Shown piece by piece: positions 1-13,935 of a DNA stretch of 64,000 nt. The stretch is taken from assembly GCF_009914755.1 (NCBI RefSeq), contig NC_060942.1. One strand, written 5' to 3'. Within the stretch, counting starts at the first letter, position 1. The number at the start of each line of letters is the position of its first letter. A program made the position numbers and the translations under genes. This DNA is from the human T2T-CHM13v2.0 reference genome, Homo sapiens. The notes under the pieces were generated by a model. The model saw only the letters and a list, made by a program, of their open reading frames with translations. It searched no databases and had not been told where the DNA came from.

Positions 1-319
1 CATGTGTGTGATTGGGAACCTTGAGAGATGTATCTGAAGTAATGTAAAAATAAGAGTCTCATAATTCCTGGTTAATGCTGGCGTATTGTTGTCACCTGCC
101 AAGTGACTGTTAGGCAATAAGACTAGAAAATATGGTACCGAATGAAAGGAGAAATATCTTATTTGCTGTAACAATCTAATTTATATTAAGGTAAGGATTT
201 TGGTGGCTAAGGAAAGAACATTTAGCTGTTATTTGTGTAATTGTCACATATTATTGTGCAGATTTAATCTCATTGTTAACAGAATATAGAGTGTGAATTA
301 TTTGTTATTAAATGTTACT

Positions 320-540
320 GGGCTTTGGTGTCAGTGTGGTATACCAGAAATTACCTCTGGTCTGTGGTTATAAAATCTAGGTCAGAAGCTCAGTTTCGCC
401 ACATTTTTGCTGTGCCCTAGATGCCATTTTCATTCTCTGAACTTTTATAGCTTCGTGATTAAAATTGAGTTAATTACTATTGTGTTTCAGAGGCTTGTGA
501 ATGATTAAGTGAAAGACTGTGTAAACAGTAAAACACTATA
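320..540 (+). mobile_element. MIR SINE (degenerate)
   Basis: MIR-like core: ...ttctctgaac...aaaattgagttaatta...gcttgtgaatgattaagtgaaagactgtgtaaa. Confidence 0.5.
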
Positions 541-719
541 AAAAGGTAAAGCTTTATTATGGGAAATAATGGGAATTATATAAAAAGGTTGATAATTGTT
601 ATATGGTAAACAGAGAATTTCTGTTTGGAGATACATACATTAAGGAAAAATATATGCAACTTGGTATCCTAAATTGGAAAATAATATTCAAATAGATAAT
701 TGTCATAATTAATTGAAGC

Positions 720-1030
720 CACTCAAATACAGTTATAAGATCTCAGAAGATTGCAGTTTAACTCAACATAATTCAACCATTCATATGAATTAATGATATC
801 CATATGTGAATGGGATTATAAATAAAGAACAAATCTTTCTTACTTATAATGATAACTGAGTGGAAGATAAAGGACTGCCTTTAGATGATCCCAGCCTCAT
901 TGATGAACACAAAACACCAGAATAGAGAAAAAGACAATAATGAGTATAAGTTAAGTGGTCTTCCAGGCATCCAGAGTAGATAAAGAAAATGAAGTTCTAG
1001 AGAATACAATACTTTTTAAAGTCACAGTGA
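720..1030 (+). mobile_element. Old L1/HAL1-like ORF1 fragment
   Basis: A-rich strand with decayed ORF1-like segments (ttccaggcatccagag, gttctagagaa); weak similarity. Confidence 0.3.
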
Positions 1031-1578
1031 CATATGTGTAATTAATAATTTATACACTGGAAAAAATTAGATGCAATGATATTGACTTAACATGAAAACC
1101 ATCCTGAATGCAATGCACTCTTGATGACTCAAACTCACTTATATCTTACAACAGCTCATCTTAATCTCTTACGAATGAAGAAACTCTAGGAAACTAAAAA
1201 ATAATATATAATGGATATTACTTTTTGTCAGTGATGCCAAGATGAATGTTAATAAGCTCTCTTCTCAACTTTAGCTCTTAGTTATCTGGTTATTTTATGC
1301 TCATGTGAACAGACACTAGAAACAAATATATTAATAACTATGTAACTAATGAGAATGTTGAAAGTACAGCATACTTTCATTCAAAAACAAACTTGCATTT
1401 TCATTTTATTAATGAATATAATGATGTTAATGGTTTATATAAGCAGGAAAAACTTATATGATTCACTACCCTACAGCTTCATGTTCTAATTTTGTGAGTA
1501 TAAACCCTATGTTTTTGTATATCAAGATCTGGAATATGTTGTATACTGTATATGACCAATACTTTAAGAACAATCAAG

Positions 1579-1782
1579 TTTTTTTATTATTATTATTATA
1601 CTTTAAGTTTTAGGGTACATGTGCACAATGTGCAGGTTAGTTACATATGTATATATGTGCCATGCTGGTGTGCGGCACCCATTAACTCGTCATTTAGCAT
1701 TAGGTATATCTCCTAATTCTATCCCTCCCCCCTCCCCCTACCCCACAACAGTCCCTAGAGTGTGGTGTTCCCCTTCCTGTGT
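1579..1782 (-). mobile_element. 5'-truncated young L1PA (L1PA2-5-like) 3' end
   Basis: polyT/ttattatactttaagttttagggtacatgtgcacaatgtgcaggttagttacatatg...cccttcctgtgt, a near-consensus L1 3'UTR in reverse. Confidence 0.95.
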
Positions 1783-1897
1783 AACTATATAGCAATTTCA
1801 TTTTACATGCAGTAATTTTAAATGCCCAAAAATAAAAGGAAAAGGAAAAATAAGTCACTACACAACTTATATATATTATGTATTTGTCTTTGAATTT

Positions 1898-1970
1898 TGT
1901 GTGCGTATGTGTGTGTGTATATATAGACAGCATGCGCACACATACATACACATGTGCAGGAACACACACA
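1898..1970. repeat. Imperfect (TG)n/(CA)n microsatellite
   Basis: gtgtgcgtatgtgtgtgtgtatatata...gcacacatacatacacat...acacacaca. Confidence 0.85.
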
Positions 1971-3058
1971 ATTTGAGGCGAAATGTTGAAGTAAAGTAAA
2001 TGACTTTTAAATATTTTCTTTTTAGCTTTTAAGATGTCTATTAGATCCAACCTCTACAATTAAATTATATGAGCATACTGAGGGAAAATTGCACATTTGT
2101 AAAGTTTCTCTTTAGTAGAGATTTCAGAATTTTTTTTCTCAAATTTAGAGGAACGAACAATTCACATTAGTAAAACACACAGCATTACTTTCAATGAAAC
2201 TATAATTTTTATGTTTATGAGATTCCATTATAATTACATTAAAAAGAAAACCACTTTTATAATATTTTTGCTTATGTAAGAGTCACTTCTATAGTAAAAG
2301 AGCCTTAAAAATGTTAATTCAATTGACTGCAGAATTGATCCTGAAAATCCAGTTCATTTAACCTTGGAAATGAGACATGAAGCATAAAACCTGGGGTCAG
2401 GATGTATGTCCAAACTGAATAGATTATTTTCGTTCAGCTCAAGTGCTATCTTTCAGGCAAATAGACTCCTACAATATTCAGTATTGGAGATGTTTAAAAC
2501 AAATATAAGAAAGAGTACTGTTTCAGAACTAACCAGCGAAGAGATGTATACAAAGTGTACTCTGAATTGGAATAAGTGTAGGAAGACAAGCCGTGAGAAT
2601 GTGAGACCTCAGTATATTGCTGTGTTTTATTGTGTGTTTTGCTGTATTTTTAAAAAATAAGAAAAAATTATCACAGAGTAAGATACATAGAAGAAAATAA
2701 TTTCCGCAATTCTTGGTACCTCAAAAGACCTGACACACTACAATGAAGACTTCTGTTGTCATCATTCTCAGCTGTGATGGTGGCGCCATCCTGGTTTCCA
2801 GCTTATACCTCCTGACAACTCGGTACAGAAAATGAGTATCATTGTAATTAAAGTTTGATATTTTCTTCTAAGTGACTGATTTTTAATATAAAAGTATCAC
2901 AATAAAGTTTTTCCACAGATATGTAATTTTAAGTTAGATAACATTCTAACATATACATGGTTTCAATTTTCTTATAAGTCTGTGAATCACTCAAGTTAGG
3001 CATTGTTAGGTTTTTTAAGGAAAAACTTTGATGCCCAGAATAACTGTAACTTATGCAA

Positions 3059-3135
3059 ACACACACACACACACACACACACTCACACACACACGAAGTA
3101 AATGGTAGAAATGAAAGAAGAAGAAGAAGAAAAAA
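3059..3135. repeat. (CA)n followed by a short (GAA)n
   Basis: Directly visible. Confidence 0.95.
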
Positions 3136-3399
3136 ACATTGGGACATTTTGCCCTTTATCTTTTTATTAAGACTGACAATAAATGATGGTTTGGTTTAAG
3201 AGGATAAGAAGATAGCTGAAACTCTAATAATTGGACTTTCCAATCTTAATTATGCTTTAGTTCCCTTACCAGGATTAGGAAACTTCTTTGTGATTCTTTT
3301 TTAAAAATAATTTAATCAGGAAGTGACATTAAATTCTGTTTCAATGTAATGAGAAAATAGAAATATTTATATTGTCATTACGATGGCACTTCACCAGTA

Positions 3400-4200
3400 T
3401 GTCCTAATCTATTCTCTATTACGTCTCTGAGGTGGGACATTGTTGTGAGAATGGACGAGAGCACAAAAACACGGCAGACCAGATTTTCTGAGGGTTACCC
3501 GCTATGCAGATTCATAAACTTGTTATTGAATAGTTGGCACACAAGGGTAGGAGAAAAATCCCAACAACCCTTCCACCTTTTCCAAAAAGAAAAAAAAGAA
3601 AGAAAAAGCTAAATCTTATGAAGCTAAACTGTCAACAAACAGTTCCACTGAAGTTGCCATAGGGACAGCTCCAACCCAGTGCTGGGCTCGTGGAAGGCAG
3701 CAAGGTACCTGCATCAAGCCAAGATCCATGAAAGTGCTAATGTCATTTGAGGCCAGTTTCACCCCTACCTCCCATAAATCATTTTAAACCAAATATGAAT
3801 TAGTAGTCAAAAATGACCAAACACAGACGATAACCCACCATGAAGGAGATGGTTCATAGAAATCTCCAAGAACTTCAGATAATTCAGGTAATTATCAGAA
3901 ACATGACAAGAAAAAGCTTTGTGTAAAATACAGAATACAACACAAGGAATAATGAAAAGATGATCTATGATGGTGTATACTTGCAAAATAACTAAAGAGT
4001 GTATTTAAGATTTAAATATATCTTTGAAGCTAGAAGTACTATGGAGATTGTATATACTATATTAGACACTGTGCAAGAAGGAACTTGTGAAGCTAAAAAA
4101 TAGAATGCAATAAATTAGCTAGTCTGCCACATAGAGAAAAAAAGATAATCTGCAAGAACATAAGGGACAAGGATAAAATACGGAGTTTAACGTGCTTATA
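3400..4200 (+). mobile_element. Old L1M 5'UTR/ORF1 fragment
   Basis: ORF1-like decayed text (attagacactgtgcaagaaggaacttgtgaagc...ggagtttaacgtgc). Confidence 0.5.
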
Positions 4201-4272
4201 ACCAGTGTGATCCTTGTTAATCAGAATTCTAGAATGTTCCATTGCCTTATGTGACACCTCCACTGCCCCCAC

Positions 4273-4399
4273 TTTTTCTTTTTTTTTGACAAGGTCTCAT
4301 TATGTTTCCCAGGCTGGCTTTTAACTCCTGGCCTCAAGTTATCCTCCTGCCTCTGCCTCCTTAAATACTGGAATTACAGGTGTGAGTCACCATGCCAGG
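4273..4399 (-). mobile_element. Alu left monomer (FLAM_C-like)
   Basis: polyT-gacaaggtctc...cccaggctgg...ctcctggcctcaag...attacaggtgtgagtcaccatgccagg; single arm. Confidence 0.9.
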
Positions 4400-5609
4400 T
4401 GTCTCCCATTTTTTAATGGTAGCTTAACTTCACCTGAAGCCTCCTATGCCACTATCTTTATAGGAAGCTTTACCGACTTTGTACGACTTGGTTTAATTTA
4501 TTCAGCTTAATGGTCCATTTAACCAATATTGTTATAAATTTATGAAGCTTCAATTCTAGCAAAAATAAACTATGTGCACTCATCAAAATGTGTGGCACAC
4601 CTATGAAAAGTGATCAGGATGCCCAAGCAATTTTAATTAAAATCAGATAATTAAATATGGCTCTGTGTTTTCATTTATCTTTTCTCTCTATGGTGTTTTG
4701 GATTACTTTCTCTGGGGTTATTGAAGATCAAAATAAAGCCCTATTTTTTTCCCTCTAATAAAAGGGGGATTTATTTAGGTTGTACAGAAAAGATACAATA
4801 TAATCAGGGTTTAAGTAGCATAAATCAAGGTTTTGTGTTTTTTCTTCTCTTTTAAATACTCTCTTCCTACTTCTTTAGTCCATCAAAATCCTTTTAACAA
4901 TATATTCAATAGCCAGAAAATCGAGTGAGTCGAGGACTGGGTCAATTCTTCAGCTCTCAACTGATATATCAGTGAGTAATTCTGATCTATACCACTTCTA
5001 GGTGGTCTTCGATATCTTCATTTAAAGTTTCATAAAGATAACTAAGCTGTGCTTTTGCCATTTCACAGTTAGGTAGTAAAGGGGATTCTCTTAGTTCTAG
5101 TTCAAGGCAAAGATTGTTATCTTTTGTTTTTTTTTTGTTTTGTTTTAGCATCAATGGTGGGTCAGGGGTGAGCATGATGGTGTCACTACTTGTTTTCCTA
5201 AGATGTTAACAAGGCCAGGGTTGTATGACAGGCATAGATCCTTTGTACTTAAAACCATCCAGTTCCCTCCTCAAAAGGAATAATAAATGAATAAAATTTA
5301 GTCTCCTAGTTCATGGTGAGTTAAGTAGAATGTGTATATGACTATAAGCATGTGGAAGAGACCAAAGAAAAGTCTCACTTACATAAAAAACTTAAAAAGG
5401 TTCATATTCCACTTTCCTTAATCTAAAAATGTAATATCTAGCTTCCAAAATGAAAATGGTTGAATAATATGTACCAATTATTTAGAAAGGACATTTTTAA
5501 ATTTTAAATATGCATTATGCATTATTATTTTTATTATGTATAATCATAATAGGAGAGGTTTAAATCACATAAATGCTCCTGAACTGAAATTTAAGAAACT
5601 TATTTATAT

Positions 5610-5780
5610 GAGGTATATTTCACTGTTATTTCACATATATTTTCTGAGGACATGTATTATTACCAGCATTTAACCCACGAGGAAAGTAAAACTCCAAGCG
5701 TTTAGATGAATTGGCCAACATTCCACAAGCATTGAGTGATAGGGCAGGACCTGAACCAGGTTAATTCCATTCTGCCATAA
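5610..5780 (-). mobile_element. MIR SINE
   Basis: tattattaccagcattt...gaggaaagtaaaactc...ttggccaacattccaca...gggcaggacctgaaccagg. Confidence 0.6.
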
Positions 5781-6549
5781 CACTGTTATGAACATTCATA
5801 ATTTGAAGTTTCATATAATGATACTGTAATTTCACCTGTTAAATGTATGTATTAACATCACATAGGTAGGTAAGCATAAGTAATTAAAGTTTATTGTTTT
5901 TCCTCCAGGTGGTAAGAGGGGAAAGGTCCCTAAGAAGATGACCCTTTAAGCTCTATGTTTCGGTGAGAAAATGTGTGAATTGGGCTTATGGTCAAATTTA
6001 CGTAGGCAAGTCTTTAAGTTTTAAATATCAGTACACCTTCATAGCACCACATTGGTGTATATACAAATCAAACAGGAATGCAAAAGAATTCCTGATAAAC
6101 AATTTGGGCAACTGTAAAGATTAGAAGTGAAGGAGTGAAACGTAATGGATGAGGGCTAGAAGTAGAAGGCATGATGGAAATGAAAATCCTCAGTATTAAC
6201 CACACTGAGAAACAAATGCACCTCCCAGAATCAGGCAAGAGACAGTTTTGTTATGATAATTACTATAATATGTTATGTTTGCAGTTGAAATCATCTTCAA
6301 GGCTATTAATATATAAACAATTAGAAAAAGGTGTCTGCATTCTTAAACCCATTCAAACTGTTAGCGAAAGGTTCAAACAATGTTGCTTGAAAGTACAGTA
6401 ATTTAGAGCAGAATAGGGGTTGATAAAAATAAGACCAAAAAATTATAAAACAAGAAAGTAAGATATTTATAGAAAATTATTATTCAAATTAATTGTCATT
6501 CATGTCAAACTCCGTCCCCATCTTCAATTCAGCTTCTACAAATCTTACC

Positions 6550-6800
6550 CTTCATTCATTAATTTAGAAGTAAGCATCTGTGTGGGATGGGAACTGGCCA
6601 TACAACAGTGAGTTAAAGAGATATTATTACTCTAGAGCTACTAGACAGTTTTCTCTGAATGTGGTTCCTGGATTACCTAAGTCATAGTAATTCTTGTTAC
6701 ATAACAGAATTCTTGTTAAGTGTGTTTCTGCAGACTTCATATTGCACATTGAATTAGGATTTTTTAGGAGTGAAAAGCTTAGCATTTCAGGCATCCTCTC
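6550..6800. mobile_element. L2 3'-end fragment followed by a MER5-like hAT fragment
   Basis: ttcattcatt...gagttaaagagata (L2-like); cagttttctctgaatgtggttcctggattacc (MER5-like terminus). Confidence 0.35.
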
Positions 6801-6835
6801 TTCCTAATCACTAACAACCACCATAGAAATGTCCT

Positions 6836-7349
<514 letters not shown>

Positions 7350-7481
7350 CTAATTCTAATGTTATACAGGGAACCAACTTGTCTCTATATTGAGTAAGGA
7401 AAGTTTTATAATCATAATTGATTTGAAGCACTTCAAATAGTCTTTTGCAATTTGACCATCAAAATAAGTACTAATAGTGAG

Positions 7482-8122
7482 TGATAGAGGAGCTAGAAAG
7501 AAATCATTTAGGCAGATAGTGAGGGTAAAGGGGTCCTCGGCAAGGCTTTCTTTTTAATAAAAATCAGCACTCAAATCATTTCCTTTCTAACAAGGAGCAG
7601 CCTGAAAAATCAAGCTGCGGACATAGATAAGCAAGCTGGAAGCGTCCATGGGTGAAGGCCGGCAGCTGTTCCACTAGGAAAAGGCTACCTGTGGGACAGG
7701 TATGTTCAACATGGAGGCTCCATCTTCCCTTTTCTTTGTCACCATGCATACAGTAAAAGAAGCAGGCAACATGGCACCAGCCAGGTAAAGAACCCAACTG
7801 CATAATCAAAGATTAGAGTAGGGGTGGCCAGATTTTTGCACGGTATGCAAATGGCACACACCTGGTCTAACCAATCTTTCATGCCCCATGTAAATCAAAC
7901 ACTGCCTCCTCAAGCTCATCTATAAAACCTCCTGCACTTCACCACTGAAGTGCCAACCCATTTTCTCCAGGACCCCTCTCTCTGCAGCAGAGAGAGCTTT
8001 TCTCTTTCTTTTGCCTATTAAATTTCCAATCTTAACCTCACTCTGGTGTGTCCACATCCTAGTTTGCCATGGCTGTGGGACAACGAACCTCGGGTATTAC
8101 TCCAGACAATGATATCGCTTTA
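7482..8122 (+). mobile_element. Solo ERV1 LTR, LTR9-like
   Basis: Starts tgatagaggagctagaaagaaatcatttaggcagatagtgaggg; TATA (tataaaa ~7921), attaaa polyA signal (~8017); ends gggtattactccagacaatgatatcgcttta. Confidence 0.8.
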
Positions 8123-8189
8123 ATAGCATGGATTATAACCTGAGTCCTAACCTGAGTCTATGCTGGCACAAATAAATAATTAAAGATTA

Positions 8190-8670
8190 ATAAAAATCCT
8201 TTCTTGTAGTAGGATGCCAACCAATAAATATTGAAGGGATGATGAAAGTAGAAATTCATCAAAGGTTATTAAAACTAGTGTATAACATGAGATAATAAAC
8301 ATGTTTACATAACACTCAACATTTGTTTCACAAGATATTTATTAATTACAGAGGAATAATAATAATAATAAAAATAATTTCTGGTGCAGAAATATGGGAA
8401 ACACTGCCTGAACCAATGAATTAGCTGATCAATAAGATTAGAAAAAATATTGTGAAATATCTCCTGATATGATGCACTGAGGACACAACATTGCTTTTGT
8501 GTTATTCCTGACAGATATGTATAACCTATTTCTATTTAGAAGGACACACTACAAACCATAAAAGAACATTATACAAAATAAGAAGCTTATAGTTTTCAAA
8601 AATGTCAAGATCAACAAATATAAAGAAAAGCTAGGGAAGGTTCCAGATTCTCAAAAAAATGTATAAATGC
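8190..8670 (+). mobile_element. Old L1 (L1MC4/5-like) 3' region
   Basis: ctcctgatatgatgcactgaggacacaacat...ttcaaaaatgtcaagatca...ttccagatt. Confidence 0.7.
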
Positions 8671-9717
8671 AATGCAAGTATTTTCACAGTTAGAAGGCAT
8701 TTTTTTCCCTAAATGCTTTTCTGAAACTACAACCTGACAATCTAGCTCCTGCGAGATCACATAAAGAAATCTTTTTGTATTTAATAAATAACAAATGAAA
8801 TATTTAATTACAGTAGAAATAGAATAGCAAATACAGCATTATCTTAGTTCCCCAGATAAATCAAAATAGATAAGATAAAATAAGATAGATTTGCACATGG
8901 CGATACTGATACATACAATGCAGACTTGGAAGTGCAATAGTTTCTATGGTGATTGCCAAAGAGCTGCTAATCAGTAATTCTTTTTTCCATATGACAGTAT
9001 TTTTTTTTTGCAAAATTCTAAGAGATGATCTATAAAGTATATATATATATGTAATAAAACTAATTGGTTTATTTAAAAATTAGTTATTGTAATTATTAGT
9101 CATGGTCATATTTTATTATTGGAATATTAGATGATAATAACTAATTTTTAAATAAACCAATTAGTTTTTTTAAAAAAATAAAGGCCTATAAAGATTGTAA
9201 CCGACATCACTTTTTAATACTATGTGAGTGACAGAGTATTTGATTGGTTTGATATAGATTCGCTTAATGGAAATCTATGTATTAATTTAAAATTAGAAAT
9301 TTTCTTTAGAAAATATTAACTGAAATTATGGCAGCTATTGCAAATATCATGAAGTATTTTAAGTGATACATTCTTATTCATTGTACTTATTAAGAAAATG
9401 ATAAATGCCTAATGGTTTGAGCCATTGCTGAGTATTATTTACTGTCAAAACTCTTCCAACTGACAGAGTATAGTAGAGAAACATTTTGCATATTAAAGTA
9501 TTTTTAAGAAATTTAAATTATTATATGTAAGCAAAGGGTAAAAATGACAAAATACACTCTAACACAATAAAATAAAATGGAGGGGGACTTATTTTATCTG
9601 TTTTAAAGGCTGGCAAAAGATAAAATATAATTAGAACTTTATGTGTAATTGATAGTATTGCCTTTAAACATCTGCTGAATAACCTTGTCTCTTAATCCTA
9701 TTTAAATTATCACTGTG

Positions 9718-10027
<310 letters not shown>

Positions 10028-10369
10028 TCATTGTCTATAATGAACTCAGCCAGTTTACCTTTCCCTTTATTCCTTCTGCTTTTTGGATAAGGTTTCTTAA
10101 GATATTCAATCAGGATATCATCCTAATTCCCAGCAGCATCAAATTCAGAGACCTTGCTTTCTTGAAACTTTCCTATGTCACTTAAACACAAGCTCTGATA
10201 ATATGCCTTTTCTAACATCCTCATACTAAGATGCCCAACAATTATGGACTATGTGTTCTCCTTTGTTGGGAATCACAATTAAACTCAGTATTGTTGAACT
10301 ATATATGTCTATTACTAGTAGTCCTTGGCTGCTGGACGTTGACGTGGTTGGATTGCAGAGGACGACGTA

Positions 10370-10800
10370 GCTGCAAGATAATGCAGGGTCAAATGAGAGT
10401 TTTTTTAAAGATAAGACAATAGTTCAATATTTTTCTAGCTAATGCAGGGGAGAAAATTTCTGAAGTGGTATCTTTTAGAAGATGAGAGTTAATGGGTATA
10501 GTGAGCGCATAAAGATTGGTCCTAGGTAGAAAAAAGAAGAGTCCAGAAACAGAAAAATGAGAGATAATAAGGCATAATGATACTAGTATCAATAGGAACA
10601 TGTTCAAGTGGGAACACGTGGAGTCTCTTCTTGGGTTACTTTTATTGTTCTTGCTGAACGGAAGAGCAAAATCATCAGTGGAACGTGAGGAAGTGGAAGA
10701 AATCTTAATGACGGATGAGACAAAAGTGTGAAGTAGATAACTAAGGGAAGAGAAAGGATCACAGAAACATCCTAGAACCTCTGGCAGCAGGAAGAGCTCA
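10370..10800 (-). mobile_element. L2 internal fragment
   Basis: Purine-rich decayed L2 antisense text (tacttttattgttcttgctgaacggaagagcaaaatcatcag). Confidence 0.45.
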
Positions 10801-10947
10801 ACACTTATTGAACTTATTGACCATGTCCAGAAATCAACTAAAATTGTCCCTACACTTCCATATCCCTACACAGTACATGTACTATTTAAGCAAAGGTGTG
10901 TATTGACCTTCTAGTTTCTGATTTACTAAATTATCAACCTGCTTACA

Positions 10948-11028
10948 TGCACAGACACACACACACACACACACACATAGACACACACACATACACACAC
11001 CCATACACACACACACATACACACACAT
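10948..11028. repeat. Imperfect (CA)n microsatellite
   Basis: Directly visible. Confidence 0.95.
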
Positions 11029-11089
11029 CTTAAGGTGAATTTTTCAGAAGTCATTAGGAAAGACCACCTGGCACCACCATGTCTAGCCA

Positions 11090-11295
11090 CTAGATGTAGA
11101 CCTACTGGTTCCTAGCTTACTTATTCTCTGAGTGACTCTATTCTCTAAGATTTGCCTCTCTATATTCAAATGTACCATCTATGTAGTGGGCATAACAATA
11201 GAATCTACTTCCTATGCATTCTAAAACAGTTAAATGTATTAACACTTATGAAGTAGTACTTAGAACAGTATTAGGCACTGCATTTGCCAAATAAA
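11090..11295 (+). mobile_element. MIR SINE
   Basis: catctatgtagtgggcataacaatagaatctacttcc...acttagaacagtattaggcac. Confidence 0.6.
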
Positions 11296-11608
11296 CAGAA
11301 ATCTTACCAAACTAGAATCTTATATCATTTTTTCCCTGGATTACTTTGAAAAAATAAAATCAAATGGATGAACTAATAGAAACAACCTATCACTGTGGCC
11401 TATTTGCCAACATGTCTAATTCTGGTAGTCATTTGGGAGTCTTTGTGGTCTCGATTATGGTTGGCATTACTGAGTGACTTCCATTGTGTAAGTATGAAGC
11501 CACTCACGAATGAAAGTGCTCCTCCCACCTGCCCAAGCATTCTTGCATCATTTTATTGTTATTTCTGGAAGAGTAGTGGTAGAAACTTGTTTGAAAAGTT
11601 AGAGAATG

Positions 11609-11920
11609 GGCAGGCATCATGGTTTAGGCATCTATCCCAGCATTTTGGGTGGCTGAGAGGGGAGGATTGCTTGAGGCAAGGAATCTGAGACCAGCCTGGG
11701 CAACAGGGGAGACCCATCTGTACAAAACATAAAAAATTACCTGGGTATGGTGGCATGTGCCTGTAGTCCCAGCTGCTCAGGGGGCTAAGACAGGAGGCTG
11801 CGGTGAGCCATGTCTGCACCACTGCACACCACACCGGGTGACAGAGTGAGACCCTGTCTCAAAAAAATAAAAAATAAAAAATAAAAAATAAACAAAACAA
11901 AAAAGAAATCAATAAAAAAA
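11609..11920 (+). mobile_element. AluJ with ~30-bp deletion in the right arm
   Basis: ggaggattgcttgagg (J-type); right arm jumps caggagg|ctgcggtgagcc; TSD aaaagttagagaat / aaaagttgaagaaat. Confidence 0.9.
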
Positions 11921-13555
11921 GTTGAAGAAATCTTCAGTTCCGCTTAATGATAATCAATTATTAATACATCACTAATTTGGCCATTTATATGAGTAAAAAA
12001 ATACATTCTTACCTACTTAATTTTGTTATTTCTATCAGAGAGAAAAAGAGAGAGATCCAAAGACAATATTGTTGAATAACTCTCTATGCTCACTACTACT
12101 TCTAAAAGCCCCTTTAAGAAATGGAATATCATATTTTGAATGCATCCAATTAACTAACATGACTTTTAAGGAGTATTGTATACTATCAAAGGACATCCCC
12201 AATGTGAAAACCTGTTGCAACTCATCACTATTCTATTGCTCCAGTTTTCATATTATATTTTAAACTTTTGAAATATTTGTTTAATTCTCTTTATGCTTTA
12301 CTTTTTTGTATGACTGGAGATTTGTAAGACATGTCCACAAATTCTAAGGAAATCTGAAAAGATGAGGTCTACTGAATGAAAATTCTTTCTCAGGTCTATA
12401 GAAATTCAAAGAATAAAACTTTAAAGAGAAATAAATTCTGTTTAGTTGACTCTAGCCTTCTAAGTATCTAAATCTTCTTGAAAGAAGTAAAATGTGATTA
12501 AATTTTGAGGGAGCGCAATAATCTGAAGTCATCGCGTTTACCTATTTTAGCAGCAAAGTATTAAGACAAGGAATGGTGCCTAAAAACTGCCACTGCCCAA
12601 GAGCTCCACAGGAAGAGCTGAAATCCACCCAGGAGAAATAAGTTTCTGTCGGAATATGACAGGACATTCAACTGCACTGATCGTTTTCTCTTTGGAGATG
12701 CATTCGATCGGAATTATTAAGAATGAAGTTCTTTTTACTTTATAAAAATGTTCTTCAAAGATTTTCTTTTTCTTCCCAAACAATTTTGCCTTGCTTTACA
12801 GGCAGTACCCAGAAAAATAAAAGTTACCCTGTGTGATATTACATTGCATTTTACATTCAAGGACACAGTAAAGGTGTGTGCATTGTATAAAAATTAAAAC
12901 ATTCATTTTCTTCCAAGAACAAATAAAGGCTTGAACATTATTTGTCTGTTTCTGCTCTTTCATAGCTATTTTCCTATGAAGGCTAGAAATGATGGCAAAG
13001 GTATTCAGAGAACATTAAACTTTTAAGTACTTCTTCATTTTGTTGTATTATAGAGTAAATACAGCTTAATTAGATAACTGGTTTGAAATATGAGAATAAA
13101 AAGTATTTAATAACTACAAACCATTTGAGAGCATGTGAGTTGAGGATATTGTCTACAAGGAAAATATCTTTAAACTATAGAAAATTGCCTTTTTGAAACA
13201 CAATTAGATTAAAAATTGGAACTATAACCTGAACAAAGAAAGAAAAGGCAACTTAAGAAAGAAATTATTTCATGTGTCTAATATTGAGAACTAGTTTTAT
13301 TTTTCCAGCCTGCAGATATTAAGTCAATGTATTATTATACTTATTATGAATATGAAAACTACTGGGATTTAGAAAGCTTGTTTTAAACACCACCAGAATT
13401 AGTAATGAAAGAAAGGAGGCCAGATGTCAAATATTTATTCTCTTATGTATGTATGTATATATTTTGCCATTCAACTCAAGTTGGATTCCAAGACTCAGTT
13501 CTGACTCTGGTAGTTTGTTTTCTATTTATAAGTTGCCAAAGACATAAAGAACACC

Positions 13556-13935
13556 TATATTAGTCCGTTTTCACACCTCTGTAAAGAAATACCTGAGACT
13601 GGGTAATTTGTACAAAAAAGAGGTCTAATTAACTCACAGTTCTGCATGGCTGGATAGGCCGCAGGAAACTTACAATCTTGGTGCAAGGTGAAGCAGAAGC
13701 AGGCGTCTTCTTCACAAGGTGGCAGGAGAGGGAGTGCTAGTAGGGGAAATGCCAGATGCTGATGAAGCCATCAGATCTGAAAACTCACTCACTATCACAA
13801 AAACAGCATGGAGGAAACCAACTCTATAATTCAATTGCCTCCCCACATGGTACCTCCCTTAACACCTGGGGATTATGGGGATTACAATTCAAGATGAGAT
13901 TGGGGTGAGGACAAAAAGCACAAATAACTGTATCG
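13556..13935 (-). mobile_element. MaLR solo LTR (THE1D/MSTA-like)
   Basis: tatattagtccgttttcacac...gagactgggtaattt...attacaattcaagatgagattgggg. Confidence 0.9.
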
